Translations under genes and position numbers: made by a program
In this document: positions 61,562 to 64,000 of the stretch, piece after piece
Position numbering within the stretch: position 1 is the stretch's first letter
How the letters are laid out: each line of letters starts with the position of its first letter
DNA from: Takakia lepidozioides
Taxonomy: Eukaryota > Plantae > Bryophyta
Assembly: GCA_030704615.1 (NCBI GenBank)
Contig: CM060734.1
Coordinates: 18,662,001 to 18,726,000, forward strand
Direction: 5' to 3'
Length of the DNA stretch: 64,000 bases
The notes under the pieces: generated by a model
What the model saw: the letters and a program-made list of their open reading frames with translations, nothing else
Databases searched by the model: none
Told to the model about the DNA's origin: nothing

Positions 61562-62713
61562 TGTCGTGCGCATATATATCACTACACAACTACATCGCTG
61601 TCCAAAACCACACAACACATGTGCACACCAAACACTAGTCCGTCACTAGTGCACCACTAGGCTGCCACTAGTCCAGCCACTAGTCCAGCCACTAGTGCAA
61701 CCACTAGGCTGCCACTAGTCCACCACTAGTCCTGCCACTAGTGCAACCACTAGTCCACCACTAGCGCAGCCACTAGTCCACCACTAGTCCACCACTAGGT
61801 TGCTACTAGTCCATCACAATGATAAATAAGAAGGATACAAGCTCACATGTCTCACACAAACTGATGCATGTATAAATCATCACTCAAATACAAGTCGAGC
61901 CAAGTGCATCCCATGCCATGGGGAATCCACACTACGGCGCCATAGCTAGACGCGGTGAGGCTCAACTCGAGAAAGATGAGCCCACCGCGATCTGCCGTGA
62001 AGATAACCACGTTAGGTGCCCAAACATACATTGGTCCTTGGATTGACACTTGGGTCAATCCCAAATATCAATATATCAAAACTAACTATATCCTAGCTAG
62101 TTTCACACTAGTGGTAAAATAACTTGACAGTTGTCGTGCGCATACATATCGCTACACAACTACATCGCTGTCCAAAACCACACAGCACATGTGCACACCA
62201 AACACTAGTCTATCACTAGTCCGCTACTAGTGCATCACTAGGCTGCCACTAGTCCACCACTAGCCACTAGTGCAACCACTAGGCTGCCACTAGTCCTGCC
62301 ACTAGTGCAACCACTAGTCCACCACTAGGCTGCCACTAGTCCATCACAATCGCCCCCTAGCTGGTGCTTAGGTCGCTCTAAGTCCAAGTAGCCACAAGAT
62401 GTGATAGTGGCCACCACTGTCCATACCACACTCAACTCGGTAGATCAAGAGGCCGGGTGCAAGAGTTGCCCCACCGTTAGTCATCGTCTTGCAACCTGTG
62501 AACTTGAGCCTGGGATCTCGTGTATTGACTCCGATGAACTTGGCCCCCCATATCTTGTTAGCTGCCACTAGTCATATCCAGAAGGCAGGCACGCAGTAGC
62601 CCTTCTGGGTCAAGTGACACCATAAGTTACGCTTGCTTCGGCAACGCGTCCACATTTATATATATATATATATATATTTTAGCATATCCACTGCCACAAT
62701 TACGCACATGGTC
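61562..62713 (-). mobile_element. 3' end of PHD-Gypsy family, copy 3 (PHD deleted); units 61562-61818 and 62132-62348 contain a CCACTAG minisatellite
   Basis: It has the same PPT and 3' UTR block as copies 1 and 2. The remnant CACAATTACGCACATGGTC (DHVRNC on the minus strand) matches 35984-36002. Confidence 0.85.
62581..62682 (+). mobile_element. 5'-truncated related SINE with (TA)n tail
   Basis: It shares the core GCAGTAGCCCTT..AAGTGACACCATAAGTTACGC. The TSD CATATCCA is at 62573-62580 and 62683-62690. Confidence 0.8.
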
Positions 62714-63439
62714 TGTCGCGCACCTCACTTCGGTAAACTCCCCTTCAAGTCATAGTTACTCGTTTTGATGCGCGCGCCTAACTCCCAAACCGGTCGCCGG
62801 GCCAACTCGGAGCTTCGGCTACTCACTGGGGCATAATGGTCCTCCTCACACTCCCACTCGACCCTCGACCTGTCGGGTTCAGTGGAAATTCCCTTTGGTA
62901 GATGGCAGTCCAGAATAGCTCCCCACACCTTGGTCGCTTTTCGGTTTGTATGCTTACTCACTAGTTTTTGGTCACCAACGGGCTTGCACCGTTCTCGGGG
63001 TTACTACTCCCTATATATACTTCTGTAGGTGTCCGCGGGGGTTCCACAAGTAGCCAAGTCCAAATCTGGTGCACCACCACTTAGACCCTCGATTGTCTCA
63101 GTGGTGAGCCGCGGTGAGTATTGGCCCACCCACCACGGCCCCAATGGACCGTGGTGAGTCCCAAGTCTCCCCACGACTCCCACCACAAGGCCTCAGCCTC
63201 ATGGTGAGTCTTATGCCACCCCCACTACGACTCCCTACGCTACCACCACCCCTCGTGGAGCCCCCATCACCGCCACCCGGTTTGCAGGGCTCCACCTAGT
63301 GAGCGCCACCGCCTCCTTGAGTGCCTTCAGCACTCAAGGGTGCTTCAGCCCCCTTTCCTATTTGCTGCCACTGTCCCCACAATAGGGGCAGCCCCTCTTG
63401 TGTCCCGACCTCCCCGCCCTCAAGGCAAAGGGCTTGACA
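62714..63439 (-). mobile_element. Solo LTR of the chromovirus family
   Basis: It is the reverse-complement homologue of 40376-41078 with TG..CA ends. The flanks (TGGTC / CACAC) do not form a TSD. Confidence 0.9.
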
Positions 63440-64000
63440 CACACCCCTACCAATGAGGAGTCGATGTCCTCATCGACTTGTCCCTTTTTGTGGAAACTAA
63501 CATCCAAGTTGTGGTGTCCAACATCATGGAGTTTGTTTCCGCACCATGGCGTCCCATGACAAAGAACCAAACCCCCACTTGACTCTATTCTCCACCAGCT
63601 AGGTCGGCCGACTTCCTCCGAGTCCCGGCCAAGGGTGGAGCATCTCAAGCTCCACCCAATGCACTCTTCTTGACCCACTTCAAGGCCAAGGAACGATCCT
63701 CCCCGAGGATCGAATTGCCTTACTGCAACAACATTGCTTGCGACCGCTCATGATGCCGCTTTTTGGCATCACCTTGAACCCTTTTTGACTAGGAGGATAA
63801 CCTTGAACCAACCGTGCGCCCCAATCACTACAATTGGGTCTGCCTTGGAATGCTGGCCTGAGGTACGGGAACACGCCGAAGCCGCACTACGACTTCGTCC
63901 CGAGGCTACACGATTATAGTACGTGAACAGAAGCACGTAGCTTCCACGTTAGCCCGCACTACAAGGCAACCCCCTCGGTAGCGCAATTATAGTATGCGCA

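Noticed and set aside
61630-62345. CCACTAG repeats as CACTA transposon termini
   Set aside because: They are a tandem minisatellite inside LTR units, not terminal inverted repeats with a 3-bp TSD.
63440-64000. Possible retrotransposon internal coding sequence
   Set aside because: It has only short ORFs with no identifiable domain and is truncated by the window end.

Overview
This is eukaryotic nuclear DNA, most likely from a non-seed land plant (bryophyte or lycophyte type; inferred from GT-AG introns, PLS-type PPR fragments and the TE families present). The first ~17.5 kb is genic. It holds the 3' half of a spliced WDR36/UTP21 gene, a tandem internally deleted UTP21 pseudo-copy, an intronless conserved plant protein gene on the minus strand, and a 3-exon VIT1/CCC1-family metal transporter with two LINE fragments in intron 2. 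From ~18 kb to 64 kb the window is a nested transposon graveyard: GBA2 and PPR gene fragments, Plavaka-like and MULE/SWIM transposase remnants, an RLE-type LINE fragment, a tRNA-derived SINE family, a chromodomain Gypsy nested in a large extra-ORF Gypsy, and three 3' ends of a PHD-finger Gypsy family. Three signals stand out. (1) All three PHD-Gypsy ends share a B-A-B terminal architecture, with two near-identical TG..CA units and a conserved CA-NN-TG junction. (2) A TE-context C5 DNA methyltransferase fragment lies near 60.3-60.6 kb. (3) A decayed gene with a ParB-like motif and a weak methyltransferase-like tail is surrounded by about 15 copies of a 16-18 bp palindrome. All calls were made by eye; no database searches were run.
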